From positions 186,001 through 239,181 of the forward strand of contig QPGO01000135.1 in NCBI GenBank assembly GCA_008632985.1: a stretch of 53,181 nucleotides of DNA, written 5' to 3'. Positions 10,406 through 23,700 of the stretch are shown one piece after another. Under the pieces are notes generated by a model that was given only the letters and a program-made list of their open reading frames with translations, had not been told where the DNA came from and ran no database searches. Position 1 is the stretch's first letter. Every line of letters starts with the position of its first letter. Origin of the DNA: Psammoneis japonica (taxonomy: Eukaryota). Both the position numbers and the translations under genes were made by a program.

Positions 10406-13400
10406 TTAAAACATCAGAGGATGAAGGAGGTTCCAGACTTGGGAGCAACCCCAGTGCTTGACAAGGATGTCAGCTGGGTTGCGGGAGCCTTCGATGAAAT
10501 GAAACTCAAGGAAACCGGAGGCAATTGCCTCACACACATGATGGAACAAGAGGGCAGTGTGTTGCTTGTGCAACTTGGAGTGCGGGATAGCAGCACTGTC
10601 CACAACCGACTTGTTCTCCCCGAACATGTGACATGTTTCACGAATGGGGATGCCAAGGTGATGTAAAGTGTTGTGCAGATCAATGATCTGCTCAATGCAC
10701 GTCCTTGCGGCTACAAACCAATGTCCACACATGGCAGTCTTGACTGTTGCTTGTTTCTTGGAGAACCAATCAGCTGGAAACCAATTGAGGAAATGAAGGA
10801 TGCCGGTGACGGAGTGTCCGGTGAGCATACAATGGATCAAGTTTGCATCGACATAGTGTGTCATGGTGACAAACTTGCCAAGTGGCTCGGGCACATCTTG
10901 CGGGAGCAGCTCTTCTACCTCCCCACACTCTGATTGGGCCCAGTCACACATGGGCTTAGGAAGGTCCAAACAGTCGGGCTCCTTGGTGCACACTCGGAGG
11001 GCACCATGACGCATCTTGGAGAGGAATCTGCAGACAAGTTTGGCACAGTCTAGGTAGCCCTGTCGGGGTGCTGCACGGAAGCCAGACAGAGACATGACAG
11101 CCGCAGCAATGTCAATGTGACCAAGGGATGCGGCCCATTGCAGGGAACCAACAAAGGATTGAAATTGGTGGATGCCATCCGGTTCAAGTAATTTGGAAGT
11201 GTCAAGCTCAGGGTGGTCTCCCTTGTCAAGGGATGAAAGCACATCAGTGCGGGGTTGGGGTCAGTTGTCAACCATGCGCTCAATGTACTTGCGGGGGGCA
11301 AAGCACAGGGTGCCATCTGGATCGTGGGTGAAATCGCAACCAAGATGGAACTCCAACAGTCCAGTGCCCTTGAGCTTGAACTTGCATTTCTACATGAGGG
11401 TGTCTGCAAAATCCTGGGGGTCCTTCATGGTGAAGGCCAGGTCGTCCACATGTGCTGCCACGCATTCGTGGTGTGCACCATTCCCATGCAGCCAGATGTC
11501 GGGTTCAGCTTTGCACGGGAAGAAGCCTTCAGCAAGCAAGCAATCGGCAAAGTGTTCATGCCATCTGAGGCCAGAGCTGCGGAGTCCGTGTAAGGCCTTG
11601 TGGATGACAAGGATGTGTCCTTCTAGCTTGCCAAATTCAGGGCCTGCTGCAATGTACAGTTTCTCCTTGGTTGCAGCTTTGAGATGGGCATTCCCAATGT
11701 GGGTGGCCCAAGTCTCTAGTTCGTTAAGTTCGGCTAGGAAGATCATCATTTGCAGGCCACAAAGAGACACTGCTCTGGAATGGACACTATCGACGGGCAC
11801 GTCTGTGAGGTGTCCATCGGCAACAAGCCTTGCTTTGTGCCGTTCGTCATGTTTGACGTCGCAGACAAGATGCACCTGGATCTTCTTGTGTCCCAATGGG
11901 GCACTGGAATCTTTGTAATGTCCGCAGTCATGGAAGACCTCGCACTCATCAAGCTGAGTCATCTTGAGGTCCGTTGCGTCTCCCCACTTGCGGTTGCCGT
12001 TGTGCTCATCAAGGGCCAAGGCGTGCTTGTAGTCCCATGGCACTTCATGCCCGTCAATCGTCCTTGGCAATGATGGCAAGGGGTTCAGACGTGATCTCCC
12101 CATTCTCCCATTCAAGCATGACATTGTAGCTTGAGCCTTTCCAAGAGGGATCATGGGGTTGCAATGGTCCTTCGTGCGATGCGATGCATCGGAACTTCCA
12201 GAGGGTGGTGTCCTCATCTTCTTGTTCAATGTGGTGCATGATGTCATTGTGGGCTGGGACTTCCTCGCATTCGTCATTGTTGATGGAGCAAATGAACTTG
12301 ACCAGTTCAGGATTGTTTCTGATTTTCCAGTCATGGTCTTCAACGGCTTTGATGATGCGGGCTCTGTGGCGTTGTCCATCCTCTTGTGGCTTCATGAGGA
12401 AGGCACATCTGATGATGTCCTCGGGGTCAAAGACTGGCATTTTGGGCATCCTGATGGCCTCCCCATCTGGTGAATCTGGTGAATCCTTGGAGTTGTGGCA
12501 GAATTTGATGATGGGTTCAGCAGATTTCTTGTCAGGAGGATCAAGACACAGGTTTGGAGCAGACGGATCACGGTTGGAACGCACGTTGGAACAGCAGAGA
12601 ATCTTCTGAGTGTCGTCAGAAAGAATCTTGAACGTCATTTGGTGGCCCACGTGTTTGGCAATGCCAACAAAGCAACCACGTAATTCACGGGATTTGGACG
12701 GCCAGTTGGAATCATCCAGGTGACAACACATGGGTTCCCACCATTGAAAATGGAGGAGCGGGCTGATGTCAGGAGTAGAGCTGGACAGCACTTTGGTGGG
12801 GGTGCACCAGCACAGCTTGGCAGACGCTGTGTGGTTGAGCACGAAGCACACCTGCATCAGGGCGAGTGGCCAAGTGCAAGCCGGAGACCCAAAGCAATCC
12901 ATGATGGTGTTGGCCATGGTCTTCACAGTTTGGTGGTGAGGTTCAGCAAAATTCTGATGCTGTTGATGAGGCTCGCTTTGCCAACTGGACATGAAGAGGG
13001 CACGGAGGATGCCAAGAACCTTGTTGCTGATCTCAACTTGAGCACGGTCGCTGATGAGCTTGGACGGGGCACCATGATTGTGAACATGGTCCTCAAGCAT
13101 GTTGACAAATTCTCTGTCGGTCTTCATTCCGCACACGTCCGTGACAAGGGATTCGGTGCCAACAAAGAGCTGGGTGCTGGTGCAGCCGGAGTCAACGGCG
13201 GCGGTGTCAGAGTGCACCATGTCAGTGGCAATGGGTTCGTTGCATTGGTGAACATTTAGAGACGGGTTGGGCAACTTTTGCGCCTTTTTCAAGTGAGTGC
13301 TGGCTGGCATGCGGGCACATTGTGTCGTGCAATCAAAAGTGTGGCAAACAGTGTCCTTTGGGAGAAAGCCAAAACAAGGGCACAGAGACTTAAGTCAGGA

Positions 13401-15040
13401 TCCTTTGGATTAATCTCGTGCTCATGGCATTCATAGAAGAAATCGGACGTCGGGAGCAGGTGGTCATCAAGGATGGAGTCTGTAAGCATGGTGTTGTTGA
13501 CAACATGACGGTGGTGACAGTTGCCGAACTCATCAAAGAGGTTGGCAGTTGGGTCAGCCTGGAGGTCAGATGCAGCATCATGCCACATCTCATTGTTGGT
13601 GAACTGGTGGTTGAGGACAGATGGGTCCCAGGTGTCATCACCAGTGAGGACAACATGTGGCAAGGTGTTCCATTTGGCATCAGTGTGCGGACGTATGGCG
13701 ATGCACGGAAGGCCACCTTTGATGTCAATGGGGATGACGTGTCCATCAATGGTGGTGATGCATGGCAGTTGCCGGTGTGGGCGGTGCACCAGCCAAGGAT
13801 GATGGCCTTGGTGGACTGGGGCAAGGTGTCCCAAATGCGATGATGGTCCGGCGGGATGTGATGCCATTGTTCCCTGGTGAGGGATTTGCTGCAAGTCTGT
13901 GCAGCACAAGCTTGGACAACATCAACATCACTGTCGACATGTTCGTGTGTGGTGTGGAGCTGAGCATGAGGAGCTGTCTTGGGGGTGATGGTGCTGTCGC
14001 ACTGTGCTGCTGCAGAAAGCAGGAGCCCACAGTGCTGTTCGTAAGAAAGACCTCTGCCATTCTGTGTGTGAAACTGATTGGCCTGATTCTTTACCGAACA
14101 AAGTTCTTCGATGGGATGAACGGCGTTCTCAAGCATGACACGTTTCCGGCCATCACAGAAGTGGTCCGCACCCAGAATGAGAGCTTCACACTTGCAAAGC
14201 TGGTCTTGCCAGTGAAGCATGAAGGCATGAGTGGATCCTTTCCAGGTGCCATCACCAAGGCGGGCAGTGGTGAGGTGCAAGAGAAGGGTTGAGGACTCCA
14301 GGGATGTGCGAGCAGATGCAAGTGTGCACTTGGACAGGTCACGATACACTGCTTGAGCATCAGAGGAGCCGACATGTTCACGAACAAGTGCCTTGCCTTT
14401 GTCATTCTGCAAGATGCGTTCAAATGCGGCGAACATGCATTTCTGTTGTTCGTTGAACAGGGCCTTGTCCTCAGCTGTAGAGGGCTTGTACATTGGATCA
14501 AGAATGCGGTTGACGTCCTGGGAGTGGGCCTGTGCAACGATGGAGTTGTGCCACTTGTGCCACTGTTTGTCGGACTTGAGAGTCGCGAAGGTGAGAGGGT
14601 CACGGTTGATGCCTCATTTTAAGTCACGCACAGGATCATGTGGTTTGGGTGGCAATGAGCCAGGAGTGGGAGCAGATGGTGCTGCACCCATGGAAAGGGA
14701 CGCTGCGCACTAAGGACTAAGATGACAGTCAGTGAACTCCTCATGTGTGAACAAGTGAGGGTCGTTGCTGACATTGGTGCCACCACGCGATTTTGCCATG
14801 TGCAGACTGATCAGCACAGCCATCTGTGCTTTGTGACCACGTGGCAAGGGGATCTGATTTTCGCCGTTGTTGTGAACCAGGGCATCCAGTTGCATCGGAG
14901 TAAAAGTGAAGAGATCCTGATGCAAGTCAGTTCCGTCAATGTTGAGGGCGGAATGCAATGGACTGTCTGTGGCTTGATTCAGAACAGTGCCTAGAATGTG
15001 CTCAAGGCCATCAATTTGTTGCTGCCTGGTGAGAACCATG
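10406..15040 (-). mobile_element. Copia family C gag-pol, decayed, with internal deletions
   Basis: gag begins 'MVLTRQQQIDGLEHILG'. Integrase 'LISDRAQVEIS', 'SEPHQQHQNFAE'. RT 'DVKHDERHKARLVADGHLT', 'KALHGLRSSG', 'HVDDL'. RNase H 'YVDANL', 'WFSKKQATV', 'NPADIL'. Confidence 0.9.
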
Positions 15041-15175
15041 TTGCAACTGGGTGGGTGTTGGGACTGGCTAGAGTGGGAGGGTGAGCTTGAAATAACTTGA
15101 AACTTGACTTGAATCTTGACTTGAATCTTGACTTGAAGTCTTGAACAATCTTGCAAGTCAGAAGCCACCGGGCTG

Positions 15176-16400
15176 TGATGTCCCATTTGCAGTGAAGTGC
15201 TGAGCTTCCCATCCAGTCCATGGAGTTGTGCCGGCACATCCAAACCTGCAGCTGGCGATGCTTTGGGTTGTCTGAGAGCAGAGCAACGGGTTAAAAACCC
15301 CTGCATCTGCTGACAAGCTAACCAGAGGTGGACAAGGCCTCCAAACCGTTGTCATTTTGCATTGGTTGGACAACCCGATCAGGCCGGCCAAATTTGGCGC
15401 TGTGGATGGACAAACAAATGTGGGAAATGCACCCTTGCCCCAATGCAGGCTACAATCACGAACTGCTTCCTCTCACAGTTTTCCTCGTGGACCTTGCAGG
15501 ACTGTAGAAGACCAGCAATCCGGTGTAGATACGAGGCGGTAGACTTGGCGTACGTGGAGCAAGGCCAGAGTCAAGGGTTTGTATCGTGTGCATGTGGACG
15601 TGAGCGGATGGATTGGTCTCTCTGCCAACCAGGGTAGAGTCCGCCATGTGGAATCCAGAATCTCGGATGTCTGAGAATTTGGGAATTCCTGACCAAACAA
15701 ACATCCGTTGAATAAATGTGTCCAATGATGGGAGGCATTGGATAAATCCAAATGCACAGATTTAAGGCTGGATCGATGTTTAGCGGCATTTTTTTAAACA
15801 GCTCGTGATTCTACAATTTGCTCCTCGCACTTCGCCCGTGTTATTTTGCGATGCATCTGAGCACCCCCAAACACTTGTGTGTGTGTCTAGCCCCCATCAG
15901 GGCTGTTAGACCTTGATATGAACTACACTTGTCAACCTTCAAACGCCAATTATTGCATTGGGTGCGGTTGCCACATTCGACAAACCGCTGTTTTTCGCCA
16001 AAATCGGACTGTTTGTGGTAGATGAGCTGCAACTTTCCAGGAAAGGCCGACAATTGGCGTTTGACTGGCTGCAGACATGTCTGCGGTCGTCATTCTAGAG
16101 ATCCCGAACCTTCACATTCATTGTGCATGCATTCCATGACATCTTGCGAATGGACAAAGTTCGACCCATCGCTGAACATGTTTTTGGCGAACGTGCGCAT
16201 TGTCAGTGTGAAGAATCCGGGTTGTTTTTAAACATTTACGAGTTCTAATGAAATCGACCACCAAACATCGATCCATCCTTAATCCAGCATCCAGCAGTGA
16301 AGAAGGTAGACACATGCTTCCACCGCCAACCGTGTGCATCATCGAAAAATTTCTCGACAACAATGACGAACGCTCAATGGACAAGAATGAGCATCAGAGG
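15176..16400 (-). repeat. 5' LTR of Copia C (copy 1), interrupted by a MITE and truncated
   Basis: Collinear (inverted) with 28600-29278 once 15762-16278 is removed. Confidence 0.65.
15766..16278. mobile_element. MITE (513 bp), 16-bp TIR, TTAA target-site duplication (Kolobok-like GG...CC ends)
   Basis: TTAA|GGCTGGATCGATGTTT ... AAACATCGATCCATCC|TTAA. The empty site (ggaTTGAatc) is present in the paralogous LTR at 28699-28708. Confidence 0.85.
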
Positions 16401-16575
16401 GCGCAACATGGTGATCTGGCTTTGCCTTTTCATTGTGATTTTTGTCTCTTTAATGGATGAAATTTTTACATTTTCAAACCTCATTAGTTGTGTAGCTGGT
16501 GAAAAATTTTAATCTGTGACAGCCAATTTTTTTAAACTGCAGAGACCTCTTTTCATCTGTGAGAAAAAACCTTGA

Positions 16576-17078
16576 GGACACATCCATGGGGGTGAGGGCG
16601 GATGTTTGCGGACCCACAATTTTTTGGGACAACAACCAGATGCACTGCACCAAATGCACGCGCGTTCGCCAAATGAAATTCTAGCAACAGGTCCAACTTT
16701 GTCAGTTCCCAAGACATCGTGGAATGCACAAACGATGGTTGTGACCATGTGCAATCTTTAGCTTGTTGACTGTGGATGTGTCCACAGTCAATCAAACGCC
16801 AATTGTCGGCATTTCCTGGAAAGTTGCAGCTCATATACCATGAGCAGTGCGATTTTGGCAAAAACCAGTGGCAATTTCAACCTGGCAACAGGGCACAGGC
16901 CGACAAGTGGCATTTGAAGCTTTGAACATGCAGCTCATGTAGTGGTCTAACAGCCCTGATGAGGGTTTGTTGAACACACAAGTGTTTGGGGGTGTTCAGA
17001 GATGGGTCCAAATAACATGGCGAAGCACGGGAAAATTGGCACCCACAACCCATTCGCCTCACCCCTGTGGACATGTCC
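16576..17078. mobile_element. Second MITE (503 bp), ~28-bp TIR, TTGA/TTAA flanks; internal region homologous (inverted) to 15766-16278
   Basis: TTGA|GGACACATCCATGGGGGTGAGGGCGGATG ... CATTCGCCTCACCCCTGTGGACATGTCC|TTAA. Shared blocks include CACCCCCAAACACTTGTGTGT, CATCAGGGCTGTTAGACC and ATGAGCTGCAACTTTCCAGGAAA. Confidence 0.75.
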
Positions 17079-17275
17079 TTAACCATGTAAATGTCCCCCT
17101 CTTTTCCCATTTAGCATGTGCCTTCATTCACTGTGACTGCTGACAATCAATGTCATTGGCAATTTTCACATCATGTGACAGTTTTGTTGTTTGAAGGGAC
17201 AAACACAATGAATTTGGTCCACTCTTTTCAATCAACCAAGATGCATTGCTGTGGCTTTTTAACATCTGTTGTCAA

Positions 17276-18510
17276 TCAATGCCAAGTTGATGCTGCGGTC
17301 CTGGTTGTCCTGCATTTCCAATTTGCTTGTGCTGGAGTCTCATTTCCTTTGCTTCCGTCACTGTCTTCCTGGCTGGCTTCATCTTCCGCCTCATCTCCTT
17401 TGCCACCTGGTGTCTCCATTGCTTCATTGTCCTCCTCGTCATCACTAGAAAGTTCCATTGTTGCTTGCGTTCTTGTCTCCGTTTTTGCTGGCTCTTGAGT
17501 GGTTCTTGCCTTTTTTCCGTTTTCTTCGCTCTCCTTTTTCTTTTTGTCTGTGTGCCATGTGTCGAAATGCACACCCTGCTCTCTTGCCCTGTCTTCCTTT
17601 GCCTCCTTTAGCAATGTGTTGAAGCACTTCATTCCTTCATCCTTCCAAGAGTCATGCTGTCTTGATGGGTCTGTGAACAATGAAGCTGGTTTTTCCTCTT
17701 TGCTCCCTTCCTCATCTACTTCCTGCATCTTCTTGTACTCCCAAACCTTCCAGCAGTTTTCCATCATCAACAGGGCCAGTGCCTCGTTGCTTGCACAGCA
17801 GCCAGATCTGTGGCCTTGGTGCTTCCGGACTCTGCCATCCTCCTCCACATCACAGTGCTCTTCGTGAATTTTAGGACATTGTCATAGAACCATGCCTGCG
17901 CCTCTCTGTTCTTTTGCTTCTCAAACACAATTGTGTCCACCGTCCCATCCTCCCAAGTCACAATGAACTCTTCCTCAATGTTGGCTTCGTCCGTTTTCGG
18001 CTTCCTTCCAGATTTCTTCTTCCTTGCTTCTTTCTTTTTTTTGTCGCGGATTTCCTCTGCTTGTTTTTCTGTTGTAACAACTGCAGAAAAACGAGCAATT
18101 CATCAGCAGCACCACTTTCTATTTTCGCTTCGGAAATGCTCCACTCCTCCTCACTTACCACTCATTGCACTCCTCATTGTCATCTGACACATACATTGAT
18201 CGCATTGAGCATGCTTTTTTTTAGCCCAGTCCTCCCATGATCCCGCCCATTCACGCTTGCTGAACTTGCCATCTGCTGTGTTTTTGCGCATTGGCCGTGA
18301 CACCTTGCCACCACTCGCCATGTCCACCTTCACGAGGAATTTCGCCTTTGGGAACAGCTCTCTCCATGCCACCTCTTCCACCTCTCTCTTTGGTGACTGG
18401 TGATCCGCAGCAGCCCCCGACCGCTGCAATGCCACCACAAGCCTCGGGCTGTTGGGCACTCCCTCCGCCCCTGCAGCATCCATCTTTGCTGCTTTCTTCC
18501 TCCTTCCCAT
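17276..18510 (-). pseudogene. Decayed DNA-transposon accessory gene (homologue of 48150-49547)
   Basis: 'REVEEVAWRELFPKAKF', 'WFYDNVL', 'SNEALALLMMENCWKVW', 'SWKDEGMKCFNTL' parallel 'KVRECVKETLFLGVTF', 'FYDCML', 'AEAFAAHMLLKNNCNAW', 'KGWLPKANKFF' at 48-49.5 kb. Frameshifted. Confidence 0.6.
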
Positions 18511-18864
18511 CGCCCTCCACTCATTGTGTCACCGTCAGTTGCTCCAGTCTGCAATCGTGCAGTGCAACAGCTCTTCCAAAGAAGATTGTCTTTGCAAAAT
18601 TTCAAACCTGTTCCTGACACTTGATGGTGACACTGCCTCCCCATCCTTGTGCATTGTCAACTGTCAAATCTTTCCCAAATCATCACAATTGGTGACATTC
18701 ATCATTTAACTTTGAAAACCACATCCTTGGTTACATTCACTCCAGTTCAAGAGACTGGTCATTCAATTTAAATTACATGAACAATTGTCAATGATAATTT
18801 TGACATGCAACTTGATCATTGCATTTGAAACTTTTAATTGTGCAGAATTGTGCATGAACATCAA

Positions 18865-20214
18865 TCACTGCAGGTCAGAAGTTTGCATCCATGCTCCATG
18901 CGCTCTTAACCCCCAACAGAAACTCGGCACCAAAAACGATCTCCAACCCAATTCTTCCATTGCATCCTCCTCTAAATGGACAATGACAAAATCACTGCAC
19001 CTCCTCTCATGTGAGCAATCAGTCATGCGATCAAACGCGCTGGTCACCTCACTGACACAACCAATGAAACGCTCGATGTGATGACGATGGATCTTTCCCT
19101 TTTTCATTTTTAGAAATTGTCTCCATAGTCTCCTGTCCTTTTCATCGTCACAACAACCATTGGACCCTCCATCCAAGCCCATTTTCTTGATGATTTCCAA
19201 GATCCAACCATTGGCCTTCCTTGGTGTCAATTCAAAGTACTCCAATTTGTCACACCGCCACAACCTGCAAGGTGCGTCTCGCTCCACTTGTCACTCGAAC
19301 AAATGCGCCAGCTTCCTTGCATCAAACACGATGCCCTTTCTGTCCACAACCAGTTTGCACACATCTCCCAAACCATTGTCCAATGCGAGCAGTCCGCAAT
19401 TCCTGCTTTGGTCCATTCCATGTGTGGGCAAGCTGATGGTTGATTCCCCACTCAATGAATCAACATCTTGCTTGTCAATCTCCAGACAAAGCTCGCCCTC
19501 CCTTGATCCAGCTGCAAACTCATCAAACAGCTCATCGCTTGGGTCGTTTAACCAACCGCTTGCCGAGTGCTGTTCTCCCTGCCTCTCCGGGTGCATTGCC
19601 AGTGAGTTCCAATGCTGCCGTGTTTTGTGAGCATTCCTTGCTCGCTCGATGATCAAACTTGAACGCTCGTCCTTGTCATGAATGGAGAACATGGCCTGTG
19701 TAGCGTGCATGCATTCCCTCACTTCCCTGGTCCATCCATGCATGTTCTCATACACCCAGCTCACAATGTTGCACTTGGTTTCCCACAGTTCCTTCCATTT
19801 CTCCTTGATGGTTCGTTCATCTCTTTCCATGTTTTTCAAATGAATCTCCCAAATTTCTTCGACATCTGTGGGCTCTTCGCCCAAGTCACCGCGTGTGACC
19901 TTGCTGCATGAGCCAATTGAACGATGCATGTCCATGCAGTCTCTTTGCAAGCAGGGGTTCTTGGATGGTTCCTTCCTCCCGGTGCCCAACCATTGACCTG
20001 GCTCTTTTTTAGCTGCGCTGCAGTCCGCCTCCATCTTTTCTTCTTTTGCTTCTTGTTTCATGCTCTCCACCTCAGCCAGTTTCCTCCAGCAGTCATCAGG
20101 CCAGCGTGCCAGCAACAAATCGTTCTGGACAATGGAAGCCATGGTGCAACTGCAGGTCACTTGTAAAGCTGTGGCACAATGGGTGTTGTTCTTGATGCGT
20201 TGACACCGTGCCAA
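18865..20214 (-). pseudogene. Decayed ORF of unknown function, probably DNA-transposon cargo
   Basis: In-frame ORFs 19291..20214 and 18865..19287 split by one TGA; protein-like charged composition; no family recognised. Confidence 0.4.
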
Positions 20215-20597
20215 TGGTGGAACCAGCGGACGTGGAACAACGCGTGTCTTCTCACTGCGTGCCCAAGTTTAAGAATTGACAGTGAGCGGCGATCACAAAA
20301 TGTTCCGAAGACTGTGTTCTAACTTACTCTTTCCTTTCCGTTGGCAATTTTTGCATTCTCATTTATCACACAACCCGAAAGTGTTCAATTGTCCCAATGC
20401 ATTCTTTTGACAGGCAACTGCAAAAGCATTCATCAATGCAAAAAAACCAATGATCACAATTTTCGCGCCAATTTCGTGTCTTGCATCCTGCCACCCCTGA
20501 CAACACACACCGTCCAAATGACCAAACCTTAGCCGCAACCATTCTCACAATTATTCTCGCCAATGCGTGACTGTTTCTTTCCACCAAAACCCCCAAA

Positions 20598-20790
20598 ATG
20601 AAACTGCCGCAGTCCGAAAATGAGGGTAAAGAAGCAATCACCTGTCCCTGTTGCCATCGCTCCTTCCAGTGCATGCTCGGTCACTTAAATCGCAATCCAC
20701 AATGTCTCTCTGTCGCTCGCGAAATGTCAAACTTGGCGTCACCAGGTGCATCGGGACCCAACTTGTTACCCGATGCTTGTGTCAAAGTGG
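20598..20790 (+). pseudogene. N-terminal zinc-finger-like fragment, possibly the start of a transposase truncated by Copia B
   Basis: 'CPCCHRSFQCMLGHLNRNPQC' (CxxC...H...C). Divergent from the accessory gene, as the transposase is at 44-49 kb. Confidence 0.3.
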
Positions 20791-23700
20791 TTGGCAGGCA
20801 GAGCAACTCCAGGAATGCAAATGTGCCAGCAGCAGAAAACTCTACTTCCGCAGAACTTGCAGCAGTCACCAACTGAGTCTTGCACTGGAAGGAAATGGCA
20901 GCACCCGCCAACATGCCAGCATTGCCCATCATAGAATGGTGGTTGCAAAGATCATTGCCATGTGCAGCATCCAGGAATGTAATGAGTTGGTGATCATGCT
21001 TGGCAGCAGGGAAGGACGGAAGAGTCTGATGAGCAGTCAAAAGTTCTTGGGGATGTGCAGGAAGATTCGAGTCACATTGGGGTTTCTTGCAGTTCAATTC
21101 CCAATGCTTGGTTTGCCGAAGATGCTTGCAAACACCCTTGAGTGCATCACAATGTACTTCTGCAGGGTAAATGGAGAACTTGGACAAGGCAGTGACAGCA
21201 CACCCAATGTCCAATCAACAGACAACATGTGCATGCAACAATTGACCAAGTGGGGTGCGGCATCCAAAACCAGCAGCCTCTTCAAGCTCCACATGCTCCG
21301 GTGCACCTTCAGCTGGACCTGTGGCAGTGTAAAGTTCACAAATGGAGTCAACCAGAATCGGAGTTGCCTTGAAATCATCAACAAGTTCCTCAGCAGTTGA
21401 TGTTGCCCAACCCTGCCAGAGGCAAACCCGCTCAATGCAACTGTAGACAGCAACACCAAGGGAGTCATTGCATTGGTGGATGTCCACACCATTGAATTCC
21501 TCAATCAGTCCAAGACACTTGAATGGTGGGGCAGGTTCCAAAGTCAATTGAAGAGCCTTGCCAATTTTGTTGTAGATCTTGACTGCACATGACTCTTCAG
21601 GGCATGTGACAGAGAAATCATCTGCTTGTCGAAGCAGCAAAATCTTGTGTCCTTCAAATGCAGCAGAACAGATGCATTTGTCATGAGTGGCATTGCAAAA
21701 CAATGGAGTCACATCAGACAAAATGCTGTTGATGTGAGTCTCCCAGAGCACACCATCTTCTAGGTGTCCTTGGAGAGCATGTTGCATCAGCAGCACCACA
21801 CTTCCATCCAACTCAATTCCAAAGCGAGACTTGCACCAAGTCACACGGGCATCATCAACAGCAACATGGACAGGATGAGAAGGCTGGGGAGAGTGCGCAC
21901 AAGCATCGCGGGCATCACTGCTAAACACTGGACAGCTCACAGCAGCCACTGGAGCAAAGAAGATCCGCTGGACAGGTTGTTCAACACAGGAGGGAGCAGG
22001 TTGAGTGAAGATGGTGGAGAATGGATGCTGCACAGGGGGAACCATCACAGCACTGTTGGGAGCATCCGGTGCCATCATGCTTGAGGTCACATTGCCAATG
22101 GGGACAAAGGACAATGGCATCCATGGGGCACTTGATTGGTGTGCACCAAACATCCCTGACTCATGAAATTGGTCGAGTTGTTTGAATTCACCCACAGGCC
22201 ATTCAGGCCATGTGTCCAACTTCTTGAGGTGATGAGGAGCAAAAGTGCTCAATGCTTGTTCCTCTGGGGTTGTGGGCATGGGAGGAGATCACATGAATGT
22301 TGACAACACCATTGTCATGGTCAACACAGAGAGGTGGACGAACGTCATTGTCAGCAATCTCCAAGAAATCAACATCAGGGTGGCACATCGTGGAAACAGC
22401 ACACGCATGTCGGCGCATTTGTCAACTCTGGGACATGCTCATTGTCAGGGTCTGGAGTGGGTGCACAGACATTGTGTTCCATGAGAGCACGTTGTAAACC
22501 CTGAGAGTCCAGGTGGCATTCTGGTGCAAATTCAATTTCAAAATGAGTTTTGCCAGAATCACACATCTGTTGGAAACCACGCATGGCCTCATCAGCAGTG
22601 AAAACACGTTGACCGTTGATTGAAACAATGTGTGCGCCCATGATCTTGTTGCGTGTTGCCTTCATGGATGACAAAAGGCAGGCAGCAGGGGAACCACATT
22701 TGACATCCAAGACAAAGACACATTGACAAAGGTCATCTGCAATCAATGATGTTCCAAAAGTGGGGTCTGAAAAAGGGCCTTTCATTGCACACGCAATGGT
22801 CTGGGCAAATGGGTTGCCATGGAAATGAAGCTCATCCACAGTGGTTTCCTCAGTCTCAGCAGGGAATGCTGCACCAGCCTGAGTGCATTCCAAGGGGACC
22901 ACATTTGGAGGGATGGAGTCACAAATTACACAATGAAAGTCATCCTCGAAAAGTCGCCAAACCTCTGGATTCTTGTGCAACTCACCTCCTTGATCCACAA
23001 AAACACACTTGTCTGGACATTTTGGTGAGTGCTCTTCCAGAAAGTGGCAAATCAAATTCAAAGAGGTGGCCTTGGAGACATGAGTCACACCATGGAGTCA
23101 TTTTGTTGCACGATCATAAAAGTGATCCAACATGTCTCACTGTTCAACCCAACACAATCTTTGGCACATTCCGTGTTCTTGGAACACAATCCGGAGAAAG
23201 AAAAATCAACCGTCAGGCCTTGGCAGGGTTGGGTGGCAGTCAAAGTGGTGTTCAGACCAGCAGATTCCTTGGTCTGCTTAGCTTGGATACAAGTGGGACA
23301 AGTGTCAAGGGGGGATGCACCATGAGCAAACTTTGGGACACCATCAACATGCTCATGAGCATGACACAAGTGATCACTGGGATGGCCAAGTTGTTGATGC
23401 CATGAGAGGCGTTCCGTGTTAGCCTTGAGAGATTGAACAGGAATGTTCTTCTCAGCATGCGCTTCAAAAGGGACATCCTGATGTGCTCAAGGGATCAACT
23501 TTTATTCTGCATGAAGATCATTGTGTTGATGTCCACAATTTGTTTCAATCATGTGCACCAAAACTGCTTCACATTTCTCAACAAAGGATGGGTGGCCAGT
23601 CTTCAGGCATTCGATTGATGTGTTCAACTCATTGTGAGACTCCAGGAGCACAAGAGGGTGAGTGTTGCACTTGCCATTGATCAAATTGCCATGGACAACA

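Noticed and set aside
15095..15145. CRISPR-like short repeats (TTCAAG/TCAAG units, also 29310-29356)
   Set aside because: Low-complexity repeats in the Copia leader; no spacers or cas genes.
15855..17000. One large foldback element with 350-bp TIRs
   Set aside because: Resolves into two separate MITEs, each with its own TIRs and TTAA-type flanks.
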